From: Camelus dromedarius
Taxonomy: Eukaryota
DNA length: 64,000 nt
Reading direction: 5' to 3'
Assembly: GCF_036321535.1 (NCBI RefSeq)
Contig: NC_087436.1
Span: 115,136,001 to 115,200,000 of the forward strand
The translations under genes and the position numbers were made by a program. Below, piece by piece: positions 50,511 to 64,000 of this stretch (position 1 is the stretch's first letter; the number at the start of each line of letters is the position of its first letter). The notes beneath the pieces are model-generated. The model had not been told where the DNA came from, ran no database searches, and saw only the letters and a list, made by a program, of their open reading frames with translations.

Positions 50511-53500
50511 AACTACCCATTCGTGCCAGGGGCTGGAAGTGCGTTCATTCTTGGCATCTAGGTGGTGAGTGACTCAGCTGAAAAATCCCATCTTAGCATC
50601 TGTTTCCCTGATTCGTTACTGCAACCAAATGGCTTCAGCTGGGTTTCTCAGGAAGCAAACTCTGGGTTGGGATGTAGCATCCAGAATGTCCTTCGGTATC
50701 AATACCTAAAGAAGGGAGCTGAAAGAAACATGAATGGGCAAACAAAGGTGCCATCATGAATCATCCTCAAATAAAACGAGATGATCATGACTTTATGCTC
50801 TCACATGAATCAGTTATTGGTAGAGAGCCCCTCCAGTAAGGGATCTGAGGTTGGGGAAAGCAGTTCTCTATATGTGATAAAATGCTTTAAAGAGCTGACA
50901 TATGTAGACTGCCAACAATATCCTCAGAAGCTGGATCAGCAAATTCTTCACTGAAGACAGATTTGAGCAGCATATTACAACACCTATTGCAATCTTTTAT
51001 TTAGAACTTTTCAGTCTATTCATCTATATCACTAAATTTCTCTTTCTTCTTCTTTTTTTTTTTTTTTTGCCCATTTACTTCTCTAGACTACTTTCTCAGT
51101 GAATTTATCTGTACTGTCTTGTAATTTACCACTTCCTTCAGATTAGAGAAGTGTCTCATAAGTGTGTAATGACTCCTTAAAGCAATGATTTTAAAAGTTT
51201 CTAATAGATTCTTGATCTCTAGGATTTGATTTATATTCACCTTCCTTTGCTTCTATTTTTAAATTTTTTTTTGTTTATTTGGATAGTTTTTTTTTTAATC
51301 TGAGGGTTTTAAATATAACTGTTTTTAAGTTCTTTGAAGATTGTGCTATTATTTCCACTTCCTCAGACATAATTATTTTCTTAGTTTCTTTGGCTGATTG
51401 GCATCTGTGTCCCTAGTAAATTCTGAAATTTTACTTCAGCTTGAAGGGAGGTGTTTCTTAAAACTTTTTTTTTAACTTCATGCTTACCTCTCTATCTAGA
51501 CATTTTGTAATTGTCTCTGTCCTGTTCATTAATGTCTACAGTTGAGAACCAGACCTCTTACTGGTGGCTTTAGCTTTGTTTCACAGCATTGTAGTTAACT
51601 ATTTGTCCTTAACAAACAACAGTTTTTTATTTGCTCCAAGTTCTTCAGTTTCAGCCTGCTTGTGGCTTATTTCTGCTCATGTGGTATAGATCAGAGACAT
51701 TCATTTGCATTCAGCTGGGAGCACATCACAGCCTTCCTGGTGGAAGAACCAAGGAGTCCTCACTATACGTCTGGTGATGGTACAGGCCATCAGCTGGAGC
51801 ACTTTGGTTCTCCTCCAGGTGGCCTCATTTTCTCCAGTAGTTCAGACAAGTTTGCTTACATCATGGAAGAAGGAAGGCAAGGAATTTTTTGTGGTCATCT
51901 TTAAAGAGAATCTACCACACACGAGTGCCCTGTATGCAACCTCTAACTACACCTGATTATGAGGCAATTGTTTCACTTCCTCACAGCCCCAGGCAAGCAA
52001 CCCATTACTGTTCGTAGTCTTAAGCAGTGGTGTTAGCAGAAATCCATACCTGTTCCTGGCTGGTTCAGCCTTCTGTTTCACACCATGATTCTACATCTGG
52101 TCTTTTGCCATGTGGGGATGCTTTGAACTCTTATTCCTCTTTGGGAGGCAGAAGAGAAAGTTCCTCACATTCTCTTATCCTGCGTAGAAGTCAGGAAGAA
52201 TCTAATGGTTGGAACTTTATAAATGGGCTGATTTAAGGTAATGAATCACCAGCCATTGGTAGCATTTAGGTAGAACCATGGACTGTGTTTCGGGCATTCT
52301 TACACAAGGTACAAGCTAGAGCCAGATAATCTCTTAGCTTTTTGTTTTTCATGTTTTGGTTTTGACCTAACACTCAGTTTCTGTTTTTCTCTGTTCTTAA
52401 AAAAAAAAAAAAAAAAAAAAAAAACACTGAATCAAAAAATATTAGATTCAAAGCAGAACTGAGAGGGAGAAAGTTTGGAAACTTTCCTATTTTCTCCTCC
52501 ATGGATGAGAACATTCTATAGAGATGTTTATACTAGTTTGTGGTTGTCATGGGCTAAGGAGGTCCCACTTTGAATGAGCTCTCTGTTCCATCTAGCTTGA
52601 TTTCTGAATGAATGTTCCTGTTAGAAATGTAAAACTCTCAGTTTTGACTGTAAGTAGGACAGACAGAAGAGCACAAATCACCAAGCTCATCAGTGTTCAC
52701 TGACATAAAGGCTTACTGTGGATAATGTCCCTGCACCTCCACTCATGTATGGGAACTGTGTCAAATGCCCTTTGAGTGTGTCTGCGTTCTGTTTAGAACC
52801 AAGAGCACACTTCCAGGTTTCAATAGCATTCTTTTCTTCACTTGTTTTGTTTTTCTTTCCTACAATTTTGCCTACACACTCGGCACAACTTAATATTACA
52901 TGAAATTGGTAATATAACTTCCATGGAGAGTGTAAAAAGATAATGGTAAGTCTTTTTTTCCCCCGACCATTGTTGTTCTACATTTTGCATCTCTATGAAT
53001 GATAATTTAGAAACATTTCAGCTTAACAACTTACCGGAAGTATTACTGTATAAATATTTAGAATTGTTGTAGAATTTGGCAACAGTTTCATTGCGTGTCT
53101 TTCATCCTTGAGCTGTTGCAGACATGCTTATCGTTTGCAGTATTACTTCATATTTATGCCCTATAAACAGGAATTCTAATAAGTTCTATACGATATTATT
53201 CCTATAAACTATTAAAATTATGGTGTGTTTTCAATTTTCATTTTTAATAAATAAATTCATGCTTTACTGAATATATTTCTTCCAGTAACAAATCTGTTTT
53301 GACTAGGAATCAGTGAAAACTGTGTTTTACTTACTTTTCTGATGGCTGAAAGAAATTTTTCACAGACTAAATTCTGGGTCTGTATATTTCATTCATTTCT
53401 CTTACACCACCCTTGTGCTCCTAGTTCTGGCACCATAAGACATGTTTGTCCTGATATGAATCTTTGGTTCTGAATTGCTATGTCACCAGTCTGAGTGATT

Positions 53501-55199
53501 GGCACTGGGATGATAGTGGCATTTCTAACATAATAGTGACATAAATAGATCCAACTAACTAAAAAGTGAAGAGTCCATAGGTTTTCTCTTGTATGGGTTC
53601 CAAAAGTGCCCACAGTTACTTAAGTTCATCCCATAAGAGGAAAAGTATGACAGAAGGTAACTCAAAGTAAAAAGAGACATTTGTCTTAACCCACTGAGAT
53701 TATAAGTTTTTATTTAAAAAAAATCCAGAAACATATAATCATTGGAAATAATGTACAAATCCCTCCCAGGATGTTTTAAGAAATCCATTCAAGCCCTGAA
53801 GCTAATTTTCACCAGCTTTTGGTATATCTGTCTCTATCCACATGAAACCCATCTCAGTTGATAAAACCAAGTTGGCATAGGAGCATTATAAAATATTAAA
53901 CCCTTTTAGTAGCTATGGCCTTTGGAAACATGGTAAAATAGAGAAACTTTATGCTCTAATACACAGACTTAAGACATTTTATTGATGTCATGTCTGCCAT
54001 CTCATATAAGCAAGAGAGTAGGTGTGTTCAATCTAGTTCCAACATGTTTGTTTAGACAACATTCAGGTGAATCACAAGCAAAACAAAACATACCCTCTTC
54101 CTCTTCAAGGCTGTATAATCTTTTCCAAATTTGAGCCATTTTAAATCTCATGATCACTAGTGGAATATTTGGGGGAAGGAATCACCCTATCATTTCAGCA
54201 TTTATTCTTAGTCCAGACAAGTTTGTTCTCAGAGGCATCTTTCTTGTGAGTTTTTGGCATCTTTTGATCTTCTGCACCTGATTTTGAACACAGGAGTTTC
54301 TGGGCTCTTCTCAGTAGCTTGGCACCAAAGGTAGTACTTAACCTTTCTCTTACTTCCAAAATCTGTAGATCAGAAAAAAAAAAAAATCAAAATTGCATGC
54401 ATCCTAAATATCAGCTAGGGAAAAAGTGATGGTGTGACTTTGTAAGACAACTGGAAGTCAAGTTATTACTGTGTGACTCTACTTAACACACAGGAAAATG
54501 AAGGGTGACAGAAGGCTCTGATGTTGCATCTAGTTGGAGATCTAAGGGAAAAAAATAATTAGCCAGAGGGGCTGTATTTTCACATGCCGATGCTTCAGAT
54601 AAGAGGTCAGGAGAGCAACTTTGATTCTGATAGAAACAACAGTCAGCAACTGAGGCATATTGGAAAGAGGTCTGAACTGAAAGTAAGGAGTTGTGGCATC
54701 TAGTGTGAAGTGTGTAACAAGCTAGGTAACACTGGGAAAATCACCACCCTCTATTTGGTTCAGAATTCTCACATGTGAAATGGGATTTTGACTGGGTAAA
54801 GTTCACAGATATGAGAGATGTGGACATTAAAAACTGAAAATATATACACTGGCATTACATGAGAAGAGTAAGGACTGTTGTAATAGATGAGGAAGCTATC
54901 TTAAAAGAAAGTCCCAAGGGTCCTACAAAAGGCAATATTATCTTACTATCCAAAAGCATTTTCTCTAAAGTACATAAAATGCTCCAGGTTGGCCTTTTAT
55001 GCTCCAGTGCTCACAGGGACCCAGGACTTAGACTTCAGTCCCAACTTGCCACAATGCTTTGCGTAACCATAGACCAGTTATGACACCTGTTTGAGACTCA
55101 ATCTTCCCATCTCAGATATGCTGACCCTCAAATGACTCTTTAAGAACTAGCTAGACAATAATAACACAGTTAAGTCTGCATTTCTCTAGTTTTTATTCA

Positions 55200-55510
55200 G
55201 ACTTTAGTGTGTGTTGTCATGCGTTGATGCCAGGGGAGTAATATGTCTGTGACTCAATGGGGTAAGGACAATGGATGCTAAGCACTCGATACTTTTCCTA
55301 GACTCTTCCCTATGTGTCTCGTCCTTTGGCTTATTTTAATACATTCCTTTTCTCTATAATGAACTATAACTGTGAATATAATAGCAGTAAGCTTTGTGAG
55401 ACTCTCTAGTGAATAATACAAACTGAGGGTGTTTTGGAGAATCATGGAACTCGCAATGTGTCAGAAGTGAAGGTGGTCTTGTGTGGACTGTGCTGTCTCT
55501 AATGTTGCAG
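55200..55510 (+). mobile_element. MER21C-like LTR 3' part
   Basis: ataatgaactataactgtgaatataatagc...ctagtgaataatacaaactgaggg...tcagaagtgaaggtggtcttg; similar to 22200-22300. Confidence 0.6.
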
Positions 55511-56710
55511 TTGATGAAAACTCTTGCAGAGCTTCACAGATAGCTTGGAAAACTCCATGCCTAAGGGCATTGTCAAAAATAACAGAGGGCTTGGTGGAGA
55601 ACAACAAGAAGGAGACTGACAGCTCCACAATCTGAGCAAAATAGCAGATCAGCCAGAACTTTTAATAGAGAGAACTAAGAAAAGAGACAGCTAAGTAGGA
55701 CCTTCCATGATTCAAGATCTCCACTGGAGGCAGAAAGTCTGTGCATATGTGTAAGCTGCACCTACTCAGGGAGAATTACCGTAAGATGTGAGGCAAACTG
55801 GAAATCATCTCCAAGAAACAAACAGACCCTCATCAACACAGAGCAGAAGACTCTTAATGGCATGAGAACTCAATGGCATGAGAATTCTAAACACAACCTC
55901 TGACCATATACTGAGTGAAAAATAAGCTACTATGACCCAAAGATAACTAATAGGGACTCAAACATAAACATAAATGTACACTTATTCCTGGGGTTCTGAA
56001 AGACTGTGTGCATGCAGGGTTTACCCCATCAGGAATGACTGGTGAAGGAAACCAAGTTACTAGACACTCGCTTAATGTGGGACAAAATATTAATCTCTCA
56101 ACTATGACAGTAGTCTTAAAGCCACACACACATCTAAGAGTAAAGTGTACAAATCTAACTTGTCAAGTTGATTAAACAACCTTTAGCCAATAAGTGGCTT
56201 ATGTCAATCCAAGAATGAGTCCTCATAACTAGGATAAAATACAAAAATAAGGGAAAATTTTGAGTAGGGCTATCTGAAAATATACACTGTCAGGTAAATA
56301 GACTAGAAATAGACTATGCAGAATTAGTGCAGCTAAACAAGTGAACAAGTGACCACCACCACGTCTGGTGGAGGGACAGACATCAGTATCCAGAGTTGCT
56401 ACAATATATTATCCAAAATGAACTGTTTAAGACAAAATTATGAGACATGCAAGAAACAAAAAAGTGTGGCTGAAAGAGAGAAAAAGAAAACAAGCAATAA
56501 AACTGCTTTTGAAGGAGCCATGTCAGAATTAGTACACAAAGGCTTCAAAACCCCTATTATAAATATGTTCAAAGAACTAAAGGAGACCATGCTTAAAACT
56601 GCAGTATTACACAATATCTTATCAGAGAGACAATGTCAAATAGAGATACAAATCATTAAAAAACAAAACAAAACAAATGAACTTTCTAGAGTTTAAAATT
56701 ACCATAACCA

Positions 56711-56945
56711 GATCTGGAGTTCAAAATTTGTAGATACTGACAGGCATATGCAGAATAGATAAACAAGATTATACTGTATAGCACAGGGAAATACATACAA
56801 GATCTTGTGGTAGCTCACAGTGAAAAAGAATGTGACAATGAATATATGTATGTTCACGTATAACTGAAAAATTGTGCTCTACACTGGAAATTGACACAAC
56901 ATTGTAAACTGACTATAACTCAAAATAATGTTAAAAAAATAAAAT
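56711..56945 (+). mobile_element. Young short L1 3' end nested in the old L1
   Basis: Perfect 16-bp TSD AAAATTACCATAACCA (56695-56710 / 56946-56961) at a ttt/aaaa site; 3' UTR matches 29990-30200. Confidence 0.93.
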
Positions 56946-59866
56946 AAAATTACCATAACCAAAATGTAAATAAATACTGGAGGGGATCAACAGGTAACAT
57001 GCACTGGCAGAACAAAGAATCATTTAACTTGAATACACAGCAGAAAAGATTATGCAATCTAAAGAAGAGAGAGAAAGAATGAAGAAAAGTGAACAGAACC
57101 TCAGGGAAATGTGAGATGTCATTAAGTGTATCAACATATGTGTAACAAAAATTTCAGGAGATAAGAGAGAAAAAGAGATAGAAAAAAATATTCAAGGAAA
57201 TGAGGGTTATAAACATTTCCCTTGGGAAAAAATTAATCCACACATCTAAGTTCAACAAACTTCAAGTAGAATAAACCAAAAGATATCCACACCCAGGCAT
57301 ATTATAGTCAAAATGTGGAAATGCAAAGACAAAGAGAAAAATCTTGAAAGCAGCAAGGGAAAATTTACTTATAATGTACAAGAAAAAAATCAATAAGGTT
57401 AACATCTGACTTCCCATTAGATATAATGGAGAGCAGAAGGCAATGGAACACATAGTCAAAGTGCTGGACACACACTCACACACACTCTTTTTAAACAAGA
57501 ATCTTGTCTATTCAAAGCTATCTTAAATGTAGAGACAAAATAAATTCCCAGATTAAAAATACAGAGAATCCATTGCAAGAAAACCTGCCATACAAAAAAT
57601 ACTAAAGGGAGTTCTCCAAAATTAAAGCAAGTGAGATTAAAAAATAATTCTAAATCACATAAGAAAAAGACCACCAGGAAAGGTAACAATGTAGGTAATT
57701 ACAAAGACAGTATAATTGCATATTTACTCTCCTCCCATTTTTTAACTGATTTGAAAAGCAATTATATAAAACAGTATTTGTATAATTACATTGCTAGACT
57801 TATATGGAGATGTAACATACTGGACAATAGTAGCAAAAGGTAAAAACAAAGCTTCATTGGAGGAAAAAAATTAAACCAGGTGGTAACTGAAGACCACAAA
57901 CAGAAATAAAGGAACACTGCAAGAGAAAGTAAGAAAGTTAATATAACAAATTCTATAAAATTATATTTGCTTGCCTTTCTTTTCTCAATTTCTTTTAAAG
58001 ATACAATATTACATAAAGTAATATTGAGGGGTATGTAACAAATAAATGTAATATGTATAATAATAATACAACAAAAAAGGGGTTAAATTGAACTATATAA
58101 GGGTAAATTTTCTATTTTCCACTTTACCTAAGTCAATACAACCCTGAATTGGATTCTGATAATTTAATATATATATTGCAAACCCAGAGCAACCACCAAG
58201 AACATAACTCAAAAAATAATTTAAAATAAGGAAATAAAATGTTATGCTAGAAAATAGTGACCCAATTAAAAAAGACAATAAAGAAGAAATAAAAGAACAA
58301 AAAAGACATGAGACATATAGAAAACAAAGTAAAATGGCAAATACATTTCCAACCATATCAGTGATAACATTAAATATGAATTAATTAATCTAAGCAAAAA
58401 GTAGAGATTACTAAAAAAAAATCAAGCTATATGTCATGTACAGGAAACAAACTTTAAATTAAAAGAAACAAACAGGTTCAAAGTTAAAAGATAGAAAATG
58501 ATATATGCAAAACAATCATAAAAAGTGGCAATATGCATATCAGCCTCTAGACTTTTAGCAAAAATATAACTAGAGATAAAGACATTTTGTAATGATTAAA
58601 GAATTATTCCACCATAAAATTATAACAATTATAATAATTATAAACACACATGTATCTAAAGACAGAGTTCCCATCATACATGAAGAAAACACTGACAGAA
58701 GTGAAGGGATTATATAATTTGACAACAATAATAGGAGATTTTAATACCCCTTGTTCAATAATGGTCAGGACAACTAGGCAGAGGATTAGCAAGAAAATGG
58801 AAGACTTGACTAACACTGTAAATAAAATAAATGTAATAAACATCTGTAGAGAGCCCCATCCGATGCAGCAAAATGCACACTCTTCTTGAGCACAGATAAA
58901 ACATTCTCCAGAGCAGAATATATATTAGGTCCTAAGACCTCATTCAATTTAAAAGCCTTAAAATCACACAAAGTATGTTCTCTGACCACAGTGGAATAAA
59001 ATTAGAAATCAGTAACAGAATGGAATTTGAGAAATTCACACATATTTTTGGAATTAACACAATCATAATTAAAAAATGGTTTAAAGTAATAATCACAGAG
59101 AAAATTAGAAAATATCTTGAGATGAATGAAAAAAAAAGACACATCAGGACTTATGGGGCGCAGTTAAAATAGTGCTCAGAAGGAGATGTGTAGTTATAAA
59201 TACCTGTATCTTTAAAAGTATAATCTCAAATCAGTAATTTCAACTTTCACTTTAGGAAACTAGGAAAAGAAGAGCAAAACAGGAAAATAAATACTTCTTA
59301 ACTTTAAAACCTACTGTAGAACAATTATAATCAGTACAGTGTGGTACTGGCATAAGGACAGGCATATAGATTAATGGAATGTAATTGAGAAATCAAAACT
59401 AAAATCATATATTTATGGTTAATTAATTTTCAACAAGGGATCTGAAATAATTTAATGGGGAGAAAATACTTTTACAATGGTGCTAGGACAAATGATTATC
59501 CACATGCAAAAAATAAATGAGAGTGGATATCTTCCGCATGACATGCCCCCCATAAAAACTTAAAATGGATTGTAGACAAAAGTGTTGTGATTGAAATCAC
59601 AAAACTCTTTAAAGAAAACAGGAGAAAATCTCTGTGACATTGGAGTAGGCTCTCACTTATTAGATATAACACCAAAAGGACACGTGACAAAAAAAAAAAA
59701 GATACATTGAACTACATCAAAATGTGAACTTTTGTTCAGAAAATAATGCTATTGAGAAAGTGAAAGATGAATCACAAAATGGGAGAAGATATTTGTAAAT
59801 CATATATCTGATAAAGACAAAATCTCATAACTCAATAATAAAAAGATAAATGAGTTAAATTATGAG

Positions 59867-60213
59867 TGCTATGGGCTAAACACTTATGTCCCTCCAAAAT
59901 TCATATGTTGAAACCTAATCCCCAGTGTGAAGGCATTTGGAGGTGGGACCTTTGGGAACTAAGTTGGTCATGAGGATGGAGCCCTTCCAAATGGAATTAG
60001 TGCCCTTATGGAAGAGGCTCCAGAATGCCTTGACCCTTCTAACACGTGAGCACTGTATGTAAATAAGAAGCAGTCCCTCACCAGACACCGTATCCACCAA
60101 TACCTTCCTCTTGGACTTCCCGAGCCCTAGAACTGTGAAAAATAAATGTTTGTTGTTTGTCTGTCACTTGATCTATGTTATTTTTGTTACAGCAGCCTGA
60201 GCAGACGAGGACA
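59867..60213 (+). mobile_element. MLT1A-like LTR nested in the old L1
   Basis: TGCTATGG...GGACA termini with 5-bp TSD ATGAG (59862-59866 / 60214-60218). Confidence 0.92.
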
Positions 60214-60579
60214 ATGAGCAAATCATTTGGAAAGAAATTTCTCTAAAGTATACTTACACATGGCCAATAAGCACATTATATGCTGATTAACATCATTAGT
60301 CATTAAGAAAATGCAGATAAAAACCACAATGAGGTTCTACTTCTTATCCACTAGTGCATCAAAAGACAGACAAGTGTTGATGAAGATGTGGAGAAATTGG
60401 AACCCTCACATGTCGCTGGTGGGAATGTAAAATTGTGTAGCTGCTTGGGAAACAGTTTGGCAGTTTCTCAAAATGGCAGTTACCCTCAGATCTAGCAATT
60501 CCACTTCTAAGTACCTAAAAAAAGGGCAAATATATGTTCATACAGAAACTTGTATATGAATGTTCATAGCAGTATTATT

Positions 60580-61128
60580 TTTTAAATATATTTTTATTGA
60601 AGTACAGTCAGTTTATAATATTGTGCCAATTTCTCATGTACAGCATAATGCTTCAGTCATACATGAGCATTCATATATTCATTTTCATATTTTTCACCAT
60701 AAGTTACTACAAGATGTTGAATCTAGTTCCCTGTGCTATACAGTATGAACTTGTTGTTTATCTATTTTATATATAGTAGTTACTATCTGAAAATCTGGAA
60801 CTTCCAATTTATCCCTTCCGACCCTCTTCCCCCTGGTAACCATAAGTTTGTTTTCTATGTCTGTGAGTCTGTTTATCATTTGTAAATAAGTTCTTTGGTC
60901 TTTTTTCACATATGAGTGATATTGTATGGTATTTTTCTTTCTCTTTGCAGCTTACTTCACTTAGAATAACAATCTCCAGGTCCATCTATGTTGCTACAAA
61001 TAGCATTATTTTATTATTTTTTATGGCTGAGTACTATTCCATTGTATAAATATACCATAGCTTCTTTATCCAGTCATCTGTAGATGGACATTTAGGTGGT
61101 TTCCATGTCTTGGCTATTGTAAATAGTA
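60580..61128 (-). mobile_element. Antisense L1 3' end nested in the old L1
   Basis: 15-bp TSD catagcagtattatt (60565-60579) / catagcagcattatt (61129-61143). Confidence 0.9.
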
Positions 61129-61531
61129 CATAGCAGCATTATTCATAATAGCCAGAAAGTGGAAATGGCCCAAATGTCCATAAATGGTGAATGACTAACT
61201 ACAGTGTGGTTTAGTCATACAGTGGAATGTTAGTTGACAATAAAGAAGCCAGTAAGCCAGATACAAGAGATGATGTATTGTGTGATTGTGATTATATGAA
61301 AGGTCCAGTATAAGTAAATCTAGAGAGATAGACAGTAGATTAGGGGCTGTGTGGGGAGTGTGATGTGGTGAAGGGTCATAGACAGTGACTACTAGTGGGT
61401 ATGGGGTTTCTTTTTGTGGCAAAAAATGGTCTAAATTAGATGGTGATAATGGCTGCATAACCTTGTGATTATACTCAAAATATTAAATTTTACACTTTAA
61501 TGGATGAATTATGTGATATGTTAATTATACC

Positions 61532-61532
<1 letters not shown>

Positions 61533-61604
<72 letters not shown>
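61533..61604. repeat. (TATC)18 tetranucleotide microsatellite
   Basis: 72 bp of perfect repeat, counted directly. Confidence 0.97.
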
Positions 61605-61606
<2 letters not shown>

Positions 61607-62450
61607 GGGTGCTGTCCAGGAGACAAGAAAATACTTGAGTTTGAATGAGGACAAGAGAGACAAAGAGAGAATCAGCTGAATATATGAAGGATAAAGTTTA
61701 CCCATATGTCCAGAGAGGTTTTTGAAGGTAACAGAAATATCTAAGGATTTAAGGGACAATTGCACATTTCTTTGCTCTGTAGAGAGTGATGTGAATTTTC
61801 TTTTCATCTTCCCTACGAATCTTTAGTAAAATCTTCATTTCTCACTAACATTTAGCTTTTTCTTTCTTTTTTGAGGTACTTGTAAAAATATTCAGTCTAA
61901 TTTTAAAGTTTGTGTGGTGCAAGAATACTATCTATCCACCAAGGAGAGACAAGTTATGAGATGAAAATAGAGCGCTTAACATTCAGGGCTGTCTGGCAAC
62001 AAAGCTACGTACTTCAAAGGATTCAGGAACACGCCAAAGTGCTCTTTATCAAAAAACTGCAACAAGTATAAATTATATTTGTTAGGTGATTTGAATTTCA
62101 AAATGGTCTCATATGCTTTATCTTCTTGATGAGAATGTAAGAAAGGCAAAAATGCCCCGTTTTGATATTAAGTTACCTGAGCTTTAGAGATTTGGAGACT
62201 GGAACACAGATGACTAGTGGTGTCACAGAGACAGAACGTAGAGGTAGGTATTTTGGCTGCCAGTGGGTAACTGTTTCTTAGACTCCAAAGCAGACTTCCC
62301 AGTGAGTGTTTGCTCACTAGATTTTCATTGCTCGAATACAGAGACAACATTTGTACATCTTAGCTATACCTGGCCTCTTTTACTCACAGTGGCTAAGACA
62401 TTCAAATATTATCTTCAGTGAATAATCACAGAGGACTGGAAGTTGGATTT

Positions 62451-62740
62451 TTAAAAATTGAGATAAAATTGACATGATGTGTAAGTTTGAAGTGTGCAGT
62501 GTTGCTTTGATACAATTATATGTTACAATATGGTTACCACCATAGCATTAGCCGATGCCCCTATCATTTCACATAGTTATTCCCTCTGTGCTGTAGGAAC
62601 AAGATCTAGTCCCTTAGCAACTTTAAAGTTTATAATACAACATAGTTTTCTATAATCAATACATTGTGTTTAGATCTCCAAGACTCACTTATCTACTGGT
62701 TGCAAATTTGTACCCTTAAACAACATATCTCCAGTTTTTC
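62451..62740 (-). mobile_element. Antisense L1 3' end (L1MA-type)
   Basis: Perfect 15-bp TSD CTGGAAGTTGGATTT (62436-62450 / 62741-62755); cccttagcaactttaaagtttataataca. Confidence 0.88.
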
Positions 62741-62821
62741 CTGGAAGTTGGATTTGATGACTTGCAAAGAAAGGATACTAGATTTTTCCTAGAATCTCCA
62801 CATTCTAAGAAATGTTATTTT

Positions 62822-62973
62822 TTTAATTAAATTTTGTTTTTTTGTTTTTTTTTTTTTGGAGGGAAGGTAATTAGGTTTAGTTATTTATTTTTTGGAGGAG
62901 GTACTGGGGATTGAACCCAGGACCTTGTGCATACTAAGCATGCACTCTACCAATTGAGCTATACCTTCCCCCC
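62822..62973 (-). mobile_element. tRNA-derived SINE (camelid type)
   Basis: Reverse complement gggaaggtatagctcaattggtagagtgcatgcttagtatgcacaaggtcctgggttcaatccccagtacctcc carries A and B boxes and an A-rich tail; 14-bp TSD AGAAATGTTATTTT (62808-62821 / 62974-62987). Confidence 0.92.
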
Positions 62974-63824
62974 AGAAATGTTATTTTAATTGGAGAAATA
63001 TTACTTTCTCTGTTTTTCCCAAGACCTATACCTCATATAGTTTCAGTCATTCTTTACCTGATTGAAGTTCTGCTATTTGGCAGGATTCATTTAAGACCAG
63101 GGAAGAAATACAAACAGTCCCTGGGCTGACAGATTGTTGTGACCAAGATGCAAGCCTTCAGGAACACCCTTCCCGGGACAGCCTGTGGTGCTGGGCACAG
63201 CCGTGGTTATACTTGGCTTTGAGACTTTGAGGGTAGAATATGCTCTCACTGCCCAGGGCTTGTGAACGTAGAAACCCTGATCTTGTCAGACTGAGGCAGA
63301 AGTATGAATTGGGTCCTGGAGTTGCAGGGTAGCTGGTTTTATCTTGAGTACACGATGTTTATTTCCCTGAGGGACTCAGATGACTGCCGTGTGCTAAGAA
63401 TTTTGAATTTTTTGTTTACAAAAGAAAATAAGCAGCTCGGATGTAGGACTCTGTATGTACAATGAGGCCCAGGTGTCGGAAGCACTTTCCCGACCTATAA
63501 AACTCCCTGATGAGGTTTCCTTCCCCTGGCTTCGCAGATAGTTCAGTTCATGTTTATGCAAATGAGGACACAAATCAGTAGTTAACAGGAACACCGCTGT
63601 GCTGACGCATTAACTTTCACTCTATAACCAGCCAATGTCAGTGCATGCAGGTTACCCCAGTGGGAACTCTGCCAGGCAGGGGAGTGTGCACAGTGTCCCC
63701 TCCCGCTAGGATGGCAAAAATAGATCCATCATTGTCAACCCAAATCAGCAAGAAAGTGCAGTGGCTTGTGCATGTGGCTGGATGTAGAGTTATGAGTGGG
63801 TAGTGTAGCTCTTGGCTTTACCCC

Positions 63825-64000
63825 ATTAATTTTTTAGGGTTGTTGCAACAAATCACCATAAACTGAGTGGCTGAAAGCAACAGATATGCATTTCCTTATA
63901 GTCCAGGGGGCCAGAGTCTGAAATCAAGGTGCCAGCAGGGTCAGTCCTTTCAGAAAAACCTCGGGTAGAATCTGTCCCAGCCTCTGCCTTAGGGCCTTCT
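63825..64000 (-). mobile_element. MLT1 LTR (runs off the window)
   Basis: aacaaatcaccataaactgagtggctgaaagcaacaga...gtctgaaatcaaggtgccagcaggg. Confidence 0.8.

Larger units (their letters stand above)
55520..61532 (+). mobile_element. Long degenerate old L1 (5' region, ORF1, ORF2 endonuclease, internal deletion, 3' UTR) with nested insertions
   Basis: ORF1 remnant GFKTPIINMFKELKETM; endonuclease remnants TIIGDFNTP and FSDHSGIKLEI; ORF2 C-terminus and 3' UTR to ~61530. Confidence 0.85.

Noticed and set aside
58650..59172. ORFs with endonuclease motifs (GDFNTP, SDH)
   Set aside because: Fragments of a decayed L1 ORF2 broken by stops and frameshifts; not a host gene
62890..62973. tRNA-like sequence with A and B boxes
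   Set aside because: It has an A-rich tail and a 14-bp TSD, so it is a SINE and not a tRNA gene
1..64000. Remaining 60-140 aa ORFs; CRISPR, operon or other prokaryotic-type systems
   Set aside because: The DNA is mammalian and repeat-rich; the ORFs are of chance length, often have non-ATG starts and show no recognisable homology; no regularly spaced repeat-spacer array was seen

Overview
Mammalian non-coding genomic DNA, most likely camelid (alpaca/camel). The organism call is inferred from a tRNA-derived SINE at 62.8-63.0 kb and from young L1 3' ends of a type I associate with camelids. I cannot identify any intact cellular protein-coding gene, RNA gene or prokaryotic-type system. The only ORF with a clearly recognisable product is a LINE-1 ORF2 C-terminal fragment (29327-29884). 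The window is a mosaic of transposable elements: young and old L1s (several with target-site duplications, TSDs), MaLR/MLT1, MER21-like, MER41-like and other ERV LTRs, hAT MITEs, MIR and L2. These are interspersed with unique blocks that look regulatory. The most notable observations are a convergent pair of strong CTCF motifs about 40 kb apart, four STAT6-type TTC-N4-GAA sites in 146 bp overlapping one copy of a diverged ~150-bp duplication, a decayed ERV env transmembrane remnant attached to its 3' LTR, two independent MER41-like solo LTRs, and a GC-rich island at 41.4-41.9 kb that is either a 381-bp frame-preserving exon (minus strand) or a retrocopy tail (plus strand). Repeat family names come from recalled consensus sequences, not a database search. 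Boundaries without a TSD are approximate.
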